In this document: one piece after another, positions 26,801 through 41,057 of the stretch
How positions within the stretch are numbered: the stretch's first letter is position 1
Layout of the letters: every line of letters begins with the position of its first letter
Assembly (NCBI GenBank): GCA_951406725.2
Contig: OX597831.1
Coordinates: forward strand, 41,974,001 to 42,038,000
Direction of reading: 5' to 3'
Length of the DNA: 64,000 nt
DNA from: Octopus vulgaris
Lineage: Eukaryota
Translations under genes and position numbers: made by a program
Notes under the pieces: model-generated
Databases searched by the model: none
Told to the model about the DNA's origin: nothing
Seen by the model: the letters and a program-made list of their open reading frames with translations, nothing else

Positions 26801-27755
26801 GCGCTCCAACCAGCGCTGGATTAACCAGTAAGCAAAATAAGTAAACTTGAAAACATCAGTCAAATTGTCAGCCCTAAAACGCCAGATCCCTTTTCTCATC
26901 AATTCATTCAAACTTTACTATATACCGTTCCGTATCTGCACCTGCTGACCCAGAGTTTCTCACAGAGCGAGGGCCCTAAGTCCCCACAGGGAGGAGGCTG
27001 TAAGAATTGAAAAAGTGGATGGAGGGCGACAGATTGCTTTGTTAATCGTTCTCTGATCTTTTACTTGTTCCAGTCATTGGATGGCGGCCGTGCTGGAGCA
27101 CCACTTTAAAAGGTTTAGTCAAACAAATTGATCCCAGCACATATTTCAGTTTTTCAAGTCTGGTACTTATTCTACGAGCTTCATTTGCCGCACCGCTAAG
27201 TTACAGGGACGTAAGTAGAAGATAAAAGATAAAGACGTGTGCGCATTGAAGTTATTGGTGGAAGGTGGAGCTTAAACAGAAAGAAACCTACAACTTCAGA
27301 GTGCTTGCTTGCCTGATAAGGTTTGAACCTGGTGAGGAGAGAAAAGGTATATAAAGGGACGGAGGGTGGCACACAAAGAGTCTAGGGTGGGGTAGATTTG
27401 TTTGAATTTACTCTTTCACAGAATAAACTTATATAACACCACGAACACGGAGAGATATACACAGCTACATCTATTTAATTTCGTTTTGAAAAGTATGATA
27501 AAATAGCAAAAACTTTGTGTGTGTGTTTGTGTGTGTTTGTGTGTGTATGTACACACACGCATCCACACGCACATATATATATGGTCGGTAGGTGTCATTT
27601 TCAAACGCGACTTTCTTTTTGCTTTCCTATGTTGTTATTCGCTCTTACTTAAATAAAACTGTCACAATTTCAAGGATCTGTATGACATTACGATAAGACC
27701 ATGCGCAGGATTTAAATTTCTTTTTCTCTTTTATTCTGTCTGCCTGTCTGTCACA

Positions 27756-27836
<81 letters not shown>

Positions 27837-28008
27837 GGTTATCTTCCTTCTATTATGTTTCACTTTATATAGTCATGAAGTGGGAGAGAGAGCTTTGTTA
27901 GATGCGTGCTCTATCTAACAAGGAGCTTCGAGTGTGTGTGTGTGTATGTATACGATAAACCGAGGGGCTTTCGAGAAAGTACTGAAGAAAATTAGAGTAA
28001 CTAATAAC

Positions 28009-28070
<62 letters not shown>

Positions 28071-28653
28071 ATGTAAATTGGACGTGGGCAATCGTTGTAT
28101 TCTTTCTTGTTTTGAGGTTCACAGCCAAATGGCTGGGGGGATTCGCGTGAAAAATGGCACAAATGTGGAGACGGGTGCATAGATCGGAATGCGTTTTGTA
28201 TTTTTTTCTAGCCCCCATAGTTACCGAGAAAATCGATTAAAACTGTTTCTAATGGAATTCCCCCTGTTTGTTCCGCCATTAAAACAACCAGTTGCTCACA
28301 CAGCCGGCATATACCATTTCGCTAGCAACAAGGGGAGTACAGGATGACAGTCAGCCAAAGCCATACATACATACATACATACATACATAACCTCTCTTTC
28401 CTTTTCTCTGTTAGTCATTCACACATTCACTCACTACAAAAAGTGATTAAAAAAAATTCAGTTAACTCTCTCTCAGTCATACATAGATACATACATCTAT
28501 GTATACATACATACATAACAACCTGCGTGCGTCTGTGTGTGTCACTGAAGCCATTCATACTTACATATATGCATAACGTCTCTCTCTCTCGCTTTTTCTG
28601 TCAGTCACTCACACATTTACTCACTACAAAAAGTGAAAAAAAAATTTCAGTTA

Positions 28654-28694
<41 letters not shown>

Positions 28695-29744
28695 TACACA
28701 CACACCAGCAACATAACTCTCTCTGACTCTTCACACACACTAACAAAAGCAATTCACATACACACCACACAGTCTGTCCCGCACAATCCCATGATCCGTC
28801 ATGACCGAAGGGCTTTTTTTTAAATCTCGCCTTCTTAATTCCAGTTGGTCTAATTTACCACTTGATAATTATGATATGCCCTCAAGAGGCGGAGATAAAT
28901 TCAATAAATCAAGAATTCATGTAGTATAGTAGTTGAAATACCTGTGTTTGTCTATACCGTTCAAATACATATCACTGAGTTATTTCTCTTAGCTCAGCGT
29001 CGTTTAAATTTTGTAAATGGCAGCTATAAAGAAAAAAGGCTTGCAGCAGGAACGACGTATATGAAAACTCACTGAGAACAGAAAATAGATGTAATTCGAA
29101 GGGTTTCAAGGTTTCCTGGGAACAGAAACAGGGTTTGTAAGTTAATGTAACTTGGGAGAATAATTCCAGAGGAACCAACGTGGTGTTTAAACTTGTTTGA
29201 CAACATGTAGAGTATAATTTGTGGGAATGAACGGGAAGAATGTTCTCTAGAATGGCTGTGGGCATAGAATATGTAAGTTATTGATATCGCTGTTGTTGCT
29301 GTGGGTTTTTGTTGTTGTTGCTAGTTTTTCTGTGAAGATGAAAAGGTGGGAGAAATTTCGTAAATTATGTTAGCATAATTAAAAATAAAAAAGTGTGGGG
29401 GAGAGAAACAAAGACTTAAACGAAAGGCTTGAGAGAGGGAAGAGAGGGAAAGACCGAAAGAAAAAAGAGACGAATACAGAAAGAGGTAGGGACAAGCAGA
29501 CAGGGATAGGGAAAATGAATGTGTGTGTGTGTGTGTGTGAAAGAGAGTGGGGAGGACAGGGGGATGGCAGCAATGAAGAATAAGACCAGAGGAATATAGA
29601 GTAATAAAGAAACACATTAACACACATATGAACATTTTGTATACAATATATAATAGTAAAAAAAAAGAATGATACAAATATAGAACAATCGTGTGTTTAA
29701 TACATGTCTGTCTGAATGAGAAGTTGTTCTCCTAACAGGACTAC

Positions 29745-30120
29745 ACAAGTACGTGATAAAGAAGATCGTTTTGCAACCGCATGGTTTCGGGTTCAGCCCC
29801 ACTGCGTGGCACCCTGAGCAGAGCGGAACAATACCTTGGGAGTGAATTTGGTAGACAGAAACTGTGTGGAATATCGTTGAACATATATGAGTGTGTATGT
29901 GTGAGCAAGTGTCATTGTTTTTGACATCCAACCCATTGGCAACCGGTGTTGCTTTGTTTACGTCCCCATTACTTAGAGATTCGGCAAAGAGATCGATGAA
30001 ATAAGAAGTGCTAGACTTTAAAAATAATAAGCACTCGGGTAGATTTGTTCGACTAAAATTCGGTAAGGCGATCCTCCAGCATGGTCGCAGTCCAATGGCT
30101 AAAACAGGTGAAAGGTAAAA
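29745..30120 (+). mobile_element. SINE family A, diverged
   Basis: Head, body and tail motifs recognisable. Confidence 0.75.
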
Positions 30121-31312
30121 GTGAGTATCCATCACTGAGGATGGTTAAATAAGATCGAAACCACGTGATATGGTGGTCTCCGAGCTAGGATAATAGGGAG
30201 TTCTCTCCCCGCTTGCAGTATATATCGAGTGCGAAGCGCGCTGAATAACCAGCTATAGGAGGCGTCCTCCTGGAGTTAAAATAGCAGTATCATCTGTTCT
30301 TATAGAACATCCACGTTTAGGTGGCGATAAACATTAACTCTGGGTATATGTCTGTATATCTGTTTACATATATAGGGAAAGGAAGAAAATGAGAAAGAGG
30401 GAGATGACTGACGAGATGGTGGTAGAAACTGTTCGGAGACTCTTGCTTCAAGGAAACTAAAAGTAACAGTCGATGCGACAATGTTTCGTTATAAGTATAT
30501 GACGTCAGTCATGAGTAACTTTGGGTACGAATGTGTGTTTGACTGTACAGCTTCGTCAAGCAGATGAAACACAATGTCACACACTCATTCATGACATCAT
30601 AGACTTTTACCGAAAGATTTGCCATGGCGATCCTTCGATATTGGTACACAGAGTGTCGGTATGGAGATGCGACATCGTTCACTCTCTTTTTCAGCCTAGG
30701 ATCTTTATCGATGTCACGAGGGAAGTTTGAGCGGGTAAATGATGTCGTCTACAAAATGCCGAAGGATTGTCACTATCTTTATTGTTAGTTATATTTTTCA
30801 ATTATATTTTTTAACCAAATGAAATGGGATCATATAATCAATTCCGTTGTTGTTATTACTATTATCGTAAAAGCCTTTTAATGGTAAACTGGACGCTAAG
30901 ATACCAAAAAATGTCATTTTGAACAATTAAAATTTCAATGTTGCCGTTCAGAAAAGAAATCATTAGCTTAATTAAGTTCTGGAAAAAGAAAGTAAAATTG
31001 TAGGGAAGGAGAATTCCGAAATTTTAATAAATTTATATTCAATATGGAATGCGGTATGGGATGGGATGGGCTGAATACATACGTACATACATACATACAT
31101 ACATACATACATACATACATACATACATACATAGCGGTTCGGCCCATAAATTAGCAGTTCGGCATAAGGCAGCATTCGCCCGACAAAAATTCTTCAAGGC
31201 GGTGTCCTAGCATGGCCGCAGTCTAAGGACTTAAATAAAAGAATAAATGAATACATATTCACACATGCATCACATACTGCATTACATACTTTACACACAC
31301 ACATACATACAC

Positions 31313-32136
31313 AATCGGTCTGATCAATAAGTATCCGGACTGTTGTCATAGTAACCAAGCTAAAGTACGCAAAATGTATGAAGCAGCTTAGCACAGATTG
31401 ACCTTGAACTCTGTCGTGCATGCGCACTAAGTTCGAACGTTCTACCTCAATTCCGTTCTTTACAGCAGTGCTTGGAAGGAAGGTGTGTAGCGTGTGATTG
31501 TCGTATTGACTATGAAAGAGAAAGTTGTCATGGCGATACCTGCTCAGAGACCTACGCAAAGTTGCACAAAGTGCACGGAGAAGAGTGTTTGAGCCGCAGA
31601 CAAGTGTATGAGTAGTTCAGACATTTCCAAGATGGTCGAAAAAAATCTCGATATTGATAAACGTTCTCGGAGACTCGCAACCAATAGAACTGAGAAAAAC
31701 ATTGCAGATGTACGAGCTGCTGTGAGGGGAAATCCTCGAATCACCATCTGTGAGCTATCAGATTAGTTACGGTTTAGTTCAGTCTATTATCACTGAAGAT
31801 TTGGGTATGAAACGCGTCTGCCAAGTTTGTGCCAAAACTGCTTTCAGCTGACCAAAAAGACACTCGGGTTTCAGTTGCACAAGATCTCTTTGATTGTGCT
31901 GAGGACGATGAAAACTGTTTTAAAATTTTGCGTAGGCCTTTGAGCAGGTATCGCCAAGCTTTTGAAAAAAATTTATGCAGGAGTGGGTGCTTATCATAGT
32001 AGCTTGCTTACGAATCACATGGTTCCAGGTTCAGTCCCACTGCGTGGCACCTTGGGCATGTGTCTTCTACTATAGCCTCGGGCCGACCGAAGCCCTGTGA
32101 GTGGGTTTGGTAGACGGAAACTGAAAGAAGCCCGTC

Positions 32137-32205
<69 letters not shown>

Positions 32206-32660
32206 TGTATGCATGTGTGTGTGTGTGTGTATGTTTGTGTGTCTGTGTTTGTCCCCACAACATCGCTTGACAACCGATGCTGGTGTGTTTACATCTCTGT
32301 AACTTAGCGGTTCGGCAAAAGAGACCGATAGAATAAGTACTAGGCTTACAAAGAATAAGTCCTGGGGTCGATTAGCTCGACTAAAAAGCGGTGCTCCAGC
32401 ATGGCTACAGTCAAATGACTGAAACAAGTAAAAGGGTAGATTCTCTGCTCAACTTTCTCTGTTATGGTCAATGCGACAATCACACGCTACACACCTTCCT
32501 TCCAAGCACTGCTGTAAACAGCGGAAGTGAACTAGAACGTTAAAACTTAGTGCGCATGACAGAAGAGTTTCAAGTCAATCCGTCCCAAGCAGCTTCACTC
32601 TACATACTTCAGCTTCGTTACTATGGCAACAGTCCGGATACTTATTGATCAGACCACGTA
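31313..32660 (+). mobile_element. fold-back mariner derivative with an N-terminal transposase remnant (31530-31915)
   Basis: TIR GGTCTGATCAATAAGTATCCGGACTGTTG extended to >200 bp. Translation ETYAKLHKVHGEECLSRRQVYE*FRHF…IITEDLGMKR..KFVPKLLS is a mariner HTH plus linker. Confidence 0.85.
31975..32435 (+). mobile_element. SINE family A inserted in the mariner derivative
   Basis: Full body and tail. Confidence 0.9.
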
Positions 32661-33303
32661 CGTACAAACATACACACGTTTATATGTATATGAGTATATA
32701 TATGCAACCACATTATACACATATACAAGCATAAATAAACAAAGGTACATGCGTGGACAGGAAAGGGAGAATTAAAAAGTCTATCAAAAGGAGGACGGGG
32801 GACAAATAGTGTCATACGTAAATACACACGTACGTACCTACCTACATACCTACATACCTACATACATACATACATACATACATGCATACAACAGACGGAC
32901 AGGCTGATAACTGCGTGGGAAATGAAGCTACCGAAGAAAAATTCTCATAACTTCTATACAAAAGGATAATTCACATCTCCCCATTTCTCGAATGAGATTT
33001 TCAGGGCCTCGAGATAAAATAGGGTGAGGTTCAGGGCAACCCATTGGAGTGGAAATATTCCAAAGTTTCTTCCCACTTATACAAATAACACCTGTTTTAT
33101 AACATACAGATTTTCAAGGGAATTAATGCACAGATAAAAACTAAGTATTTTGTATTGATTCAAGTGAAAAACGTCAACACGCGCGCGCGCGTAATGTGGT
33201 GACGGTTCAACAACTAGAGAAGCAGTTGATCAGCTAAGATAGTAAAGATAATTTTATAATAAAGAATACAAATCTTGGTAAACCTTCGCGAGATAAACTA
33301 TTA

Positions 33304-33990
33304 GGATCTTTTCGGTTTGAACGGCAGTTTTTTCTAGCGGTGTCATATGAAATTGTCACCCATAATTATAACCCTAGTATCGATCTATTGCATTTCAATC
33401 CGTTTTAGGGTTAGGGATGGGGGGAACGGTATCTTTTTTTTTTCTTCAGAAATGATCTTTTCCTTTTGAACGGCACTTTTCAACACAATTTCTAGTTAAC
33501 TAAACACTGTTAAACTTCGTATACTGGTAGAATGTGTTTATAAAACATCATTTTTTGTTGGCTTTATTGAGAAAATTCTATATGTTGTAACATATTTCGT
33601 CTTTAATTTCGAGCATTTCGGCAATTTTAACCAATCGCTGACCTCCATTTAGGTAAATAACATTCTGTGTATAATGAATATATCCCTCCTTTAAGAAACA
33701 GATTGGGTTTATTTACATTTGTGAAGAAAAAAAAGATACCCTTCCCCAACCCCTAACCCTAACTCTAACCCTAAATCTAAAATAGATAGATTGAAATGCA
33801 ATAGATCGATAGTAGGGTTATAATTATGGGTGACAATTTCATTTGACACCGCTACGGAAAATGGGATTTTTTCTAGCGGTGTCAAATGAAAATGTTACCC
33901 ATAATTATGGCCCTAGTATCGATCTATTGGATTTCAATCTATTTTAGATTTAGGGTTAGAATTAGGGTTAGTTAGGGTTAAGGTTAGGGG
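33304..33990. mobile_element. composite of family A MITE pieces with an inverted duplication
   Basis: Right end 33304-33453; older copy 33454-33860; mirrored right subterminal region 33866-33990 with TTAGGG repeats. Confidence 0.8.
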
Positions 33991-34929
33991 TTGTATGTAT
34001 GTATGTATGTGTGTATGTGTGTGTGTATTTATGTATGTATGTATGATGTATGTATGTGTGTATGTATGTATGTATGTATGTATGCATTTGCATGAATGCG
34101 TGTATATGTATGTAATTGTACATATACATATGTCTGTGTGTATATATGTATGTATGTGTATATGCATACACACACACACATACACTACACCCATACATGT
34201 CAAATTCAACATATTCAAATGCACTCGGACGTGAGAAAAACCTTTCGCTGTGGATATGGTCCCGGAAGAGAGTTATCCTCTTAGACACGTGCAAAAACAG
34301 TTTTCGTCTACAATGGTATGATTTTTTAATTTTTATTTTGCATAACAAATTCCTATATAATCGGAATCTACACCCGCTGAAAAATATTGGGTAGAAAATT
34401 TTATTTAAAAACATGCATTTTTTCTGAAAGTTACGAGAAAGCAAAATCGGCGCGTGGATAGGGTAGGGGGTGGGGGTGGGATGACAATTGTGTAGGTCGG
34501 TATACTTTCATTATTTAGTTTCTTAGTTTGGGTTTAAAACAAATATTATGAGCTCCGTGGACAGTGAGTTCATTATATATCACTATTATTTCGTCGTACA
34601 GAAAGCTAGCCATTGAAAGTTGCTGGCAAAGAAATAAAAGCTTTCGCATGTTATCGTTTACTTCAACGATTTGTATTGTGTGTGTTCGTCAGACTAGTTT
34701 CCAGTTTCCATTGTGCATTATTCTTTTGTTGAGTTTACGGCTGTAATATAAAAAACACCGCCATGCAAACATATCATCTTTTAGTGAACCTGTAAACGTA
34801 AGCCATGATTTTCCTTCGGCCTCATTCCTTCAGACAACTGACGTAATAGGAAAATATTAATTAAAAAAAAAAGTTAACAGCCGCAGCCTTCTATAACTGA
34901 ATGATTGCACTTTATACATTTAGTGTATA

Positions 34930-35362
34930 ATTCTTTTCTACTCTAGGCACAAAGCCTGAAATTTTGAGGAGTGGGGAGGGCAGTCGAATAGATCGACCCC
35001 AGTACGCAACTGGTACTTAATTTATCGATCCCGACAGGATGAAAAGCAAAGTCGACCTCGGCGGAATTTAAACTCAGAACGTAATGACAGACGAAATACT
35101 GCTAAGCATTTCGCCCGGTGTGCTAACGTTTCTTATTTCTTTACTGCCCACAAGGGGCTACACACAGAGGAGACAAACAAGGACAGACAGACTGATTAAA
35201 TCGTTTATATCGACCCCAGTGCGTAACTGGTACTTAATTTATCGACCCCGAAAGGCTGAAAGGCAAAGTCGACCTCGGCGGAATTTGAACTCAGAACGTA
35301 ACGGCAGACGAAATACCGCTAAGCATTTCGCTCGACGTGCTAACGTTTTTGCCAGCTCGCCG
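34930..35362 (-). mobile_element. family B SINE tandem chimera, T2 into T1
   Basis: Two Meta-like cores; junction AAAGAAATA|AGAAACGTTAG. Confidence 0.9.
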
Positions 35363-36064
35363 TCTGCGTATAATTCACGATCTTGGAAAGTCAACTTATG
35401 TCCAAGAACAACAATCCCATGGACAAAAACAACAGCATTACTTGGTCGGCCCCGGGATATATTGTAGAAGATGATTGCTCAATATGCCGTACACGGGAGA
35501 GGGTGGGGTCGAAACCGAAACCACGTGGCAGCGAAGCGAACTTCGTAACCGCACGGCTATACCTGCACCTTAGTAAAACAGGCACAAAACTACATTTATT
35601 TTTCTGACAGAACAACTTTCCTCACTGTAGCTCAACGATGATTTTTGTTTTTCATCAAAGTATCCAGCTGTTAGATCAGTGGTTTTCTCAAAAATTTTGT
35701 TTTTACAGTTTTTTCGAGGATTCGCTGTCCCCTATAACCAACATGGAAAAAAAATGACATATATTCGTGTACTGGAAATTCTGGACTATGAACCGCACTG
35801 CCCATAGACCCGCAACCCTCGAAAGCCACAATTTGATCCAAGCAATGCCTCATTGGTGTACAATAAATGTACATGAAAATATGGGGAATCAGTTGATCAA
35901 TTAGTTACAAAACTAATTAGAAACGAAAAATACCGACATGCTAGAAAGACCAATGAAATTCCATTCGAATCAAACCCTATCTACCATCTTTTAAAAGAAG
36001 GGACACTTCGGATATTGTTTATCTGTGAACCGGAGAAAGAAAAAAGAAAAAGTATAGTGTAATC

Positions 36065-37075
36065 AGGCATGGGTGTAACTAGGGAAGTTGCTTTGTAAAC
36101 CATGTGGTTTTGAGTTCAGTGCCATTGCGCAGCAGTTTGGGCAAAGGTTAGCCTGGCGATGACAAATGCTTTCCAAATTTGTTAGACTGAAACTGTGTGG
36201 AAGCCCATCAATGTGTGTGTGCGCGCGCGCGCGTTTCTGTATGTTTGTGTTTGTCCACCACCACCGCTTGGACAACCGGCGTTGGTTTTTACATCCCAGT
36301 AACAGCTGTTCGGCTGAACAAATTGATAGAATAAATAACAGACTTCAAAACAAGTACTGGCTTCTAAATGTTTGGCAGACCCCGGAAAGACTCCCCCCAC
36401 CCCATTTTCCCCAAAATTTGTTTATTTTTGAAATTTTTTTTTTTTTTTTTGCCAAAAATCCCCGTTTCGGATACGGAGGTTCCGGAAAATTGCCAAAAAT
36501 CGGCATTCCCCTCCTCCTCCCCACCAACTTCTTCAGTTTTGACTGTTTTCCTCAACACTAATCCTAAATCCCTAACCCTAAAACCCTAACCCTATCCCTA
36601 AAGCCCTAACCCTAAAACCTTAATCCCAACCCTTAAAACCCTAACCCTAACCGTAAGTACAGAAATGTTTTGAAATTTTTGTCCGAATCATAATATCCGT
36701 ATTTTTCCATATATTTAGAAAAAGAAAAAAAAATTCTTAACAAACAAATTTACAAAAACTTTTGAAAATGTTTTTCAGAACCATAATCGCCGTATTTTTC
36801 TTCATATTTTGAAGAAAAAAATTTCTGAAAATAGTTAAAAATGAAGGAAATAGGGGTGGGTGGTGGTGTTAATTTAGAAATATCGGTTTTTGCCAATTTT
36901 TTTGCAGATTCGTGTTCCCCGTAGCCGAAAAGGGGGGTTTGTGTCGAAAAAAATATTTTTTAAGGGTGATTTTTTTTTGGGGGGGGGAGGGGTCTTGCCC
37001 AGACCCCTTCCACACGGTGCACCACCATGACCACAGTCCAATGACTGAAATAAATAAAATTACAAAAGAAAAAAA
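36065..37075 (+). mobile_element. diverged SINE family A split by a MITE
   Basis: Body 36065-36383; tail resumes at 37000. Confidence 0.75.
36384..36999. mobile_element. Merlin-like MITE family D with a (CCCTAA)n core
   Basis: Ends GGAAAGAC…GTCTTGCC; perfect 8-bp TSD CAGACCCC; telomere-like repeats at 36558-36652. Confidence 0.88.
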
Positions 37076-37224
37076 AAACAAAAAAAAAAAAACCACGTTC
37101 GGACAAGTGCTACTATAGCGCCCTATAGATAGAAAGCATAACTACAGTTTAAGGCCTCCTCGGTCGCCCGAAGCTTTGGAGTTAGCGATAATGATATTTT
37201 AAAAATAAGAAAAATCATATACAT

Positions 37225-37630
37225 AGTCGTAGGGTAAGACGTTTGCTTCTTAACCACATGGTTCCGGGTTCAGTCACACTGTTGACACCTTATAGAAGAT
37301 ACGTGTCTTCCACAATTTCGGGCCGACCAAAGACTTATGCGCCGAAATTCAAAGAAGCCTGTCGCGCGCACATTTGGTGTGTGTGTGTGTGTGTGTGTGT
37401 GAGCGCGCGCATTTGTGTTTGAGTTAGTCCCCAATCCCACACGCGCCTGACAGCCGTGCTGGTTTATTTACGTCGCCAGTAAACTAACAGTTCGGCAAAT
37501 AGAAACCGATAGATAAGTACCAGGCCTTAAAAAGAGAAGTTCTGGGGTAGAATTGTTCGACTAATAAACTTTTGGATGCGGTGCTCTATCATGGTCGTAT
37601 TCCAGTGACTTAAACAAGTAAAAGATATAA
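37225..37630 (+). mobile_element. SINE family A, diverged
   Basis: Motif match. Confidence 0.75.
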
Positions 37631-37967
37631 GGTGGTCATAATTTACAGCTCGGAAAAGATATCCTTGCACAATTTTACATACACACATGCGCGCGCTTCA
37701 CGCACGCGCGCATACACGTTCACAGAAAGCATTATTAATTATTAAACACAGTTACGCGAAAGCAGTCAGAATTCGAAGCAGTTACGCGCACACGCGCGCG
37801 CACATTTGCATACATCCCATACAAACATGCATCTGCATACACGCACACACACACACACACTAGTATTTGCATATACACCATACATACGCATTCGCATACG
37901 CACACACAATTGCATGCATACAGCACACACGCACATTTGCATACACCACACACACACATGCACATGT

Positions 37968-38268
37968 GGAGGCACATGGCCTAGTGGTTAGAGCAGCGGA
38001 ATAACAGTCAAGGGATCGCGGGCTCGAATCTCAGACCGGGTGATGTGTGTGTGTATGAGCGAAACACCTAAGCTCCACGCGGCTCCGGCAGAAGGTAATG
38101 GCGAAACTTTTGCTGACTCTTTCGCCACAACTTTCTCTCATTCTTTCCTCCTGCATCATGCAGCTCACCTGCGACGGACCGGCGTCCCGTCCAGGTGGGG
38201 AACCTATACGCCAAGGAAACAGGGGAAACCGGCCACTATGAGCCAGGCGTGACTCGAGAAGGAACAAC
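37968..38268 (+). mobile_element. SINE family C with a V-domain-like body
   Basis: Paralogue of 4665-4953. Confidence 0.88.
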
Positions 38269-38727
38269 ACGCACATACTATACACACATTCGCATACACA
38301 CGATACACACACACACAAATACACACATTCACACACACAAACAGACATGCACCGTCAGAAAATAGCCACAACATCAAACACTTAATTAGTGTCCCAACAC
38401 AGACAACTAACAATAAACTACAAAGGAAGATCAGCTGTCGCCTTTCTGGCTTAACTAAGTCCATCTTGTCTGGCACCGTTGAGACAACCTCTACGTACGT
38501 GCAGAAATAGACTTAACTGTGTCTGAACTGAGTGCAACATGTTCATAAATGTCTACACTGTAATATGTCATACGATTCGTAACAACGTATCTGAGTGTGC
38601 AGCGTTATTCTCGCTCAAGCGTAACGCATAGTATTATAACGGGGTTGGGGAAACATGCTGGGTGCTTTGTTGCGTAACATCAGGTCAGGTTAGTTTTGAG
38701 TGAGGAGAAAAGCAACCGTTTTGTGCG

Positions 38728-39301
38728 GACTTTGGAAGCACCAACAAGTTGAAATTTCTCCGTTTTGACGGGGATTTTTCGGATTTCCTTTTCACAGTGC
38801 CCTTTGAAATGCTCTGGACTATCTTCATAGCGAAAAAGAAAAAAAAATTGCGAAAAAATGATGTTTGGTTTTTTTACTTCCCCCATCCACCCAGTCTTCT
38901 CCTCTCCGGAACGATTTTGATCAATTTTATGGCGATAATTTGGGAGTGGGGGCACTACGCGCTTAAAAACTACAGAAGCCTCTTCGGTAAAAAAAAAAAA
39001 AATTACGTTTTTTTTTACTACCGAAAAAATTTGCCAAAAAAATCATCGTAGGCGCAGGAGTGGCTGTGTGGTAAGTAGCTTGCTTACTAACCACATGGTT
39101 CCGGGTTCAGTCCCACTGCGTGGCATCTTGGGCAAGTGTCTTCTACTATAGCCTCGGGCCGACCAATGCCTTGTGAGTGGATTTGGTAGAAGGAAACTGA
39201 AAGAAGCCCGTCGTATATATGTATATATGGCAACACATCGCCATATGGCAACGTTTCGGTTGTCGTAGCACAAGTTTTCCGTCGACATGCGAAACATCGC
39301 C

Positions 39302-39353
<52 letters not shown>

Positions 39354-39911
39354 TTGTGTGTATGTTTGTGTGTCTGTGTTTGTCCCCCTAGCATTGCTTG
39401 ACAACCGATGCTGGTGTGTTTACGTCCCCGTCACTTAGCGGTTCGGCAAAAGACACCGATAGAATAAGTACTGGGCTTACAAAGAATAAGTCCCGGGGTC
39501 GATTTGCTCGACTAAAGGCGGTGCTGCAGCATGGCCGCAGTCAAATGACTGAAACAAGTAAAAGAGTAAAAGAGAGAGTACGTAGTGCCTACAATGTCGA
39601 CTGAAATCGGTTCGGCGAAGCGAAGATGGGGGAAAGAGTAAAAACAACAGCCAAATGTCCCTTGAATTATACACCTTTCCGTCGGGAAATATTTACTTTT
39701 ATCTTTTAAGCGAAACAATTATCGTGTGTCTACTAGTGCCCACAAAATCGACCAAAATTGGTCCGGAGAGGGGGAAAATGGGGTGAGAATAGGAAACATT
39801 TTTCTCAATTTATTATTATTTTTTTTTTTTTTTTTAAGCGCACTGTGAAAAAAATCTGAAAAATCCCCGTCAAAACGGTGGAAATTCCAACTTATTGGTG
39901 CTTCCTTAGTC
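38728..39911. mobile_element. inverted-repeat DNA element (superfamily unresolved), interrupted by SINE A
   Basis: TIR-like GGAAGCACCAA.AAGTTG.AATTTC..CGTTTTGACGGG…; no clear TSD. Confidence 0.7.
39051..39577 (+). mobile_element. SINE family A, young full-length copy
   Basis: GGCGCAGGAGTGGCTGTGTGGTAAG head, internal (TA)n, (GTAAAAGA)n tail. Confidence 0.92.
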
Positions 39912-40051
39912 AAACGTCAACCCTAGTTTGAATCGTTATATATAGTCTCTCAAGCGTGCGAATACACATTCATATGCATTCAGTATAAATAAAACTGAAA
40001 AACAAAATCGAAAGGTAACTGTTCACTGTGATTTTAAATACAACAAAATTC

Positions 40052-40836
40052 GGTTAATTACTTCTTTAATACCGGCCACCAAAACAAAAAAAAAAGTGTA
40101 ATAAGTGTAAAAAAAAAAAGGTTAAACGGATGTTGAAAACAAAAATTTGCGCCAACGAATCAGGAGAGGAATTTCGGAAAATTCACAGGATCTGATTTTT
40201 CCCTCATAACTTTTAGGGAAATGGATATCCTTTGATGAAACTTTATATGAATACCTTTCAAACGGTATAGATTACAATTATAAAGAGCATGCAATACAGC
40301 TCTTCTTACCCCCAACGGTGGAGATGTGCTAAAAACAACAACTAAACCGCCCTTAACTTTTTTCCATAGTGAAACCATATTAACACCGTATTTATGAATT
40401 TGTTTCTCTCACCATGATACAGGGTTTTTTTTTTTATTTTTACCTTTTTCTATTACTCAAACGAAAAATAAATTCATCTAAATTTTTTAAAAACTTTTTT
40501 CAGTTGCACTCAAGCAAAAAAATAATTTATGAATTTCTTTCTCTTCGAAAGCTCTCTCCACACCCCTTCGGAAAAATTTCCCCCACAAATTTCTTTATAA
40601 TCGTAATCTACGCCGTTTGAAAGGTATTGATATAAAATTTCATTAAAAGATATCCTTTTTTCTGAAGGTTATGAGGGAAAAAATCGGATCTTGTAAATTT
40701 TCCGTAAGTCCTCTCCCCACTACTCGGTTTATTAGCGCAAATTTGGTTAATGGGTACACTTATCAAAATTTACCAATTTTTGTTTTCGTGTTTTTTTTTT
40801 TGTTTTGATGGCCGGGTGTTAAAGTAGTAATTAACC
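40052..40836. mobile_element. Merlin-like MITE family E with long TIRs
   Basis: GGTTAATTAC…GTAATTAACC with ~230-bp imperfect TIRs; TSD CAAAATTC/AAAAATTC. A related fragment lies at 44330-44600. Confidence 0.82.
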
Positions 40837-40898
40837 AAAAATTCTTCACGATGAAGTATTGTGTGTGTGTGTGTTATGAGAGAGAGAGAAAGAGTATT

Positions 40899-41057
40899 GG
40901 CGCAGGTGTGGCTGTATGGTAAGAAGTTTATTTCCTAACCACATGGTTCCGGGTTCAGTCCCACTGTGTGGCACCCTGGGCAAGTGTCTTCTACTAGCCT
41001 CGGACTGACCAAATCCTTGAGTGGATTTGGTGGACGAAAACAGAAGAAGCCCGTCGT
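40899..41057 (+). mobile_element. 5' half of SINE family A
   Basis: Motif match. Confidence 0.8.

Noticed and set aside
28060-28820. Second non-autonomous Helitron
   Set aside because: 5' region is suggestive but there is no intact 3' hairpin/CTAG.
28980-29270. LINE RT C-terminus (LWN..LPSYINLQ)
   Set aside because: Single weak motif; not enough to call.
30520-30740. Fourth Merlin relic (IDFYRKICH…IG)
   Set aside because: Too degenerate; catalytic motif not recoverable by eye.
36558-36652. True telomere or chromosome-fusion scar
   Set aside because: Short, degenerate and enclosed within a TSD-bounded MITE, like the other TTAGGG runs.
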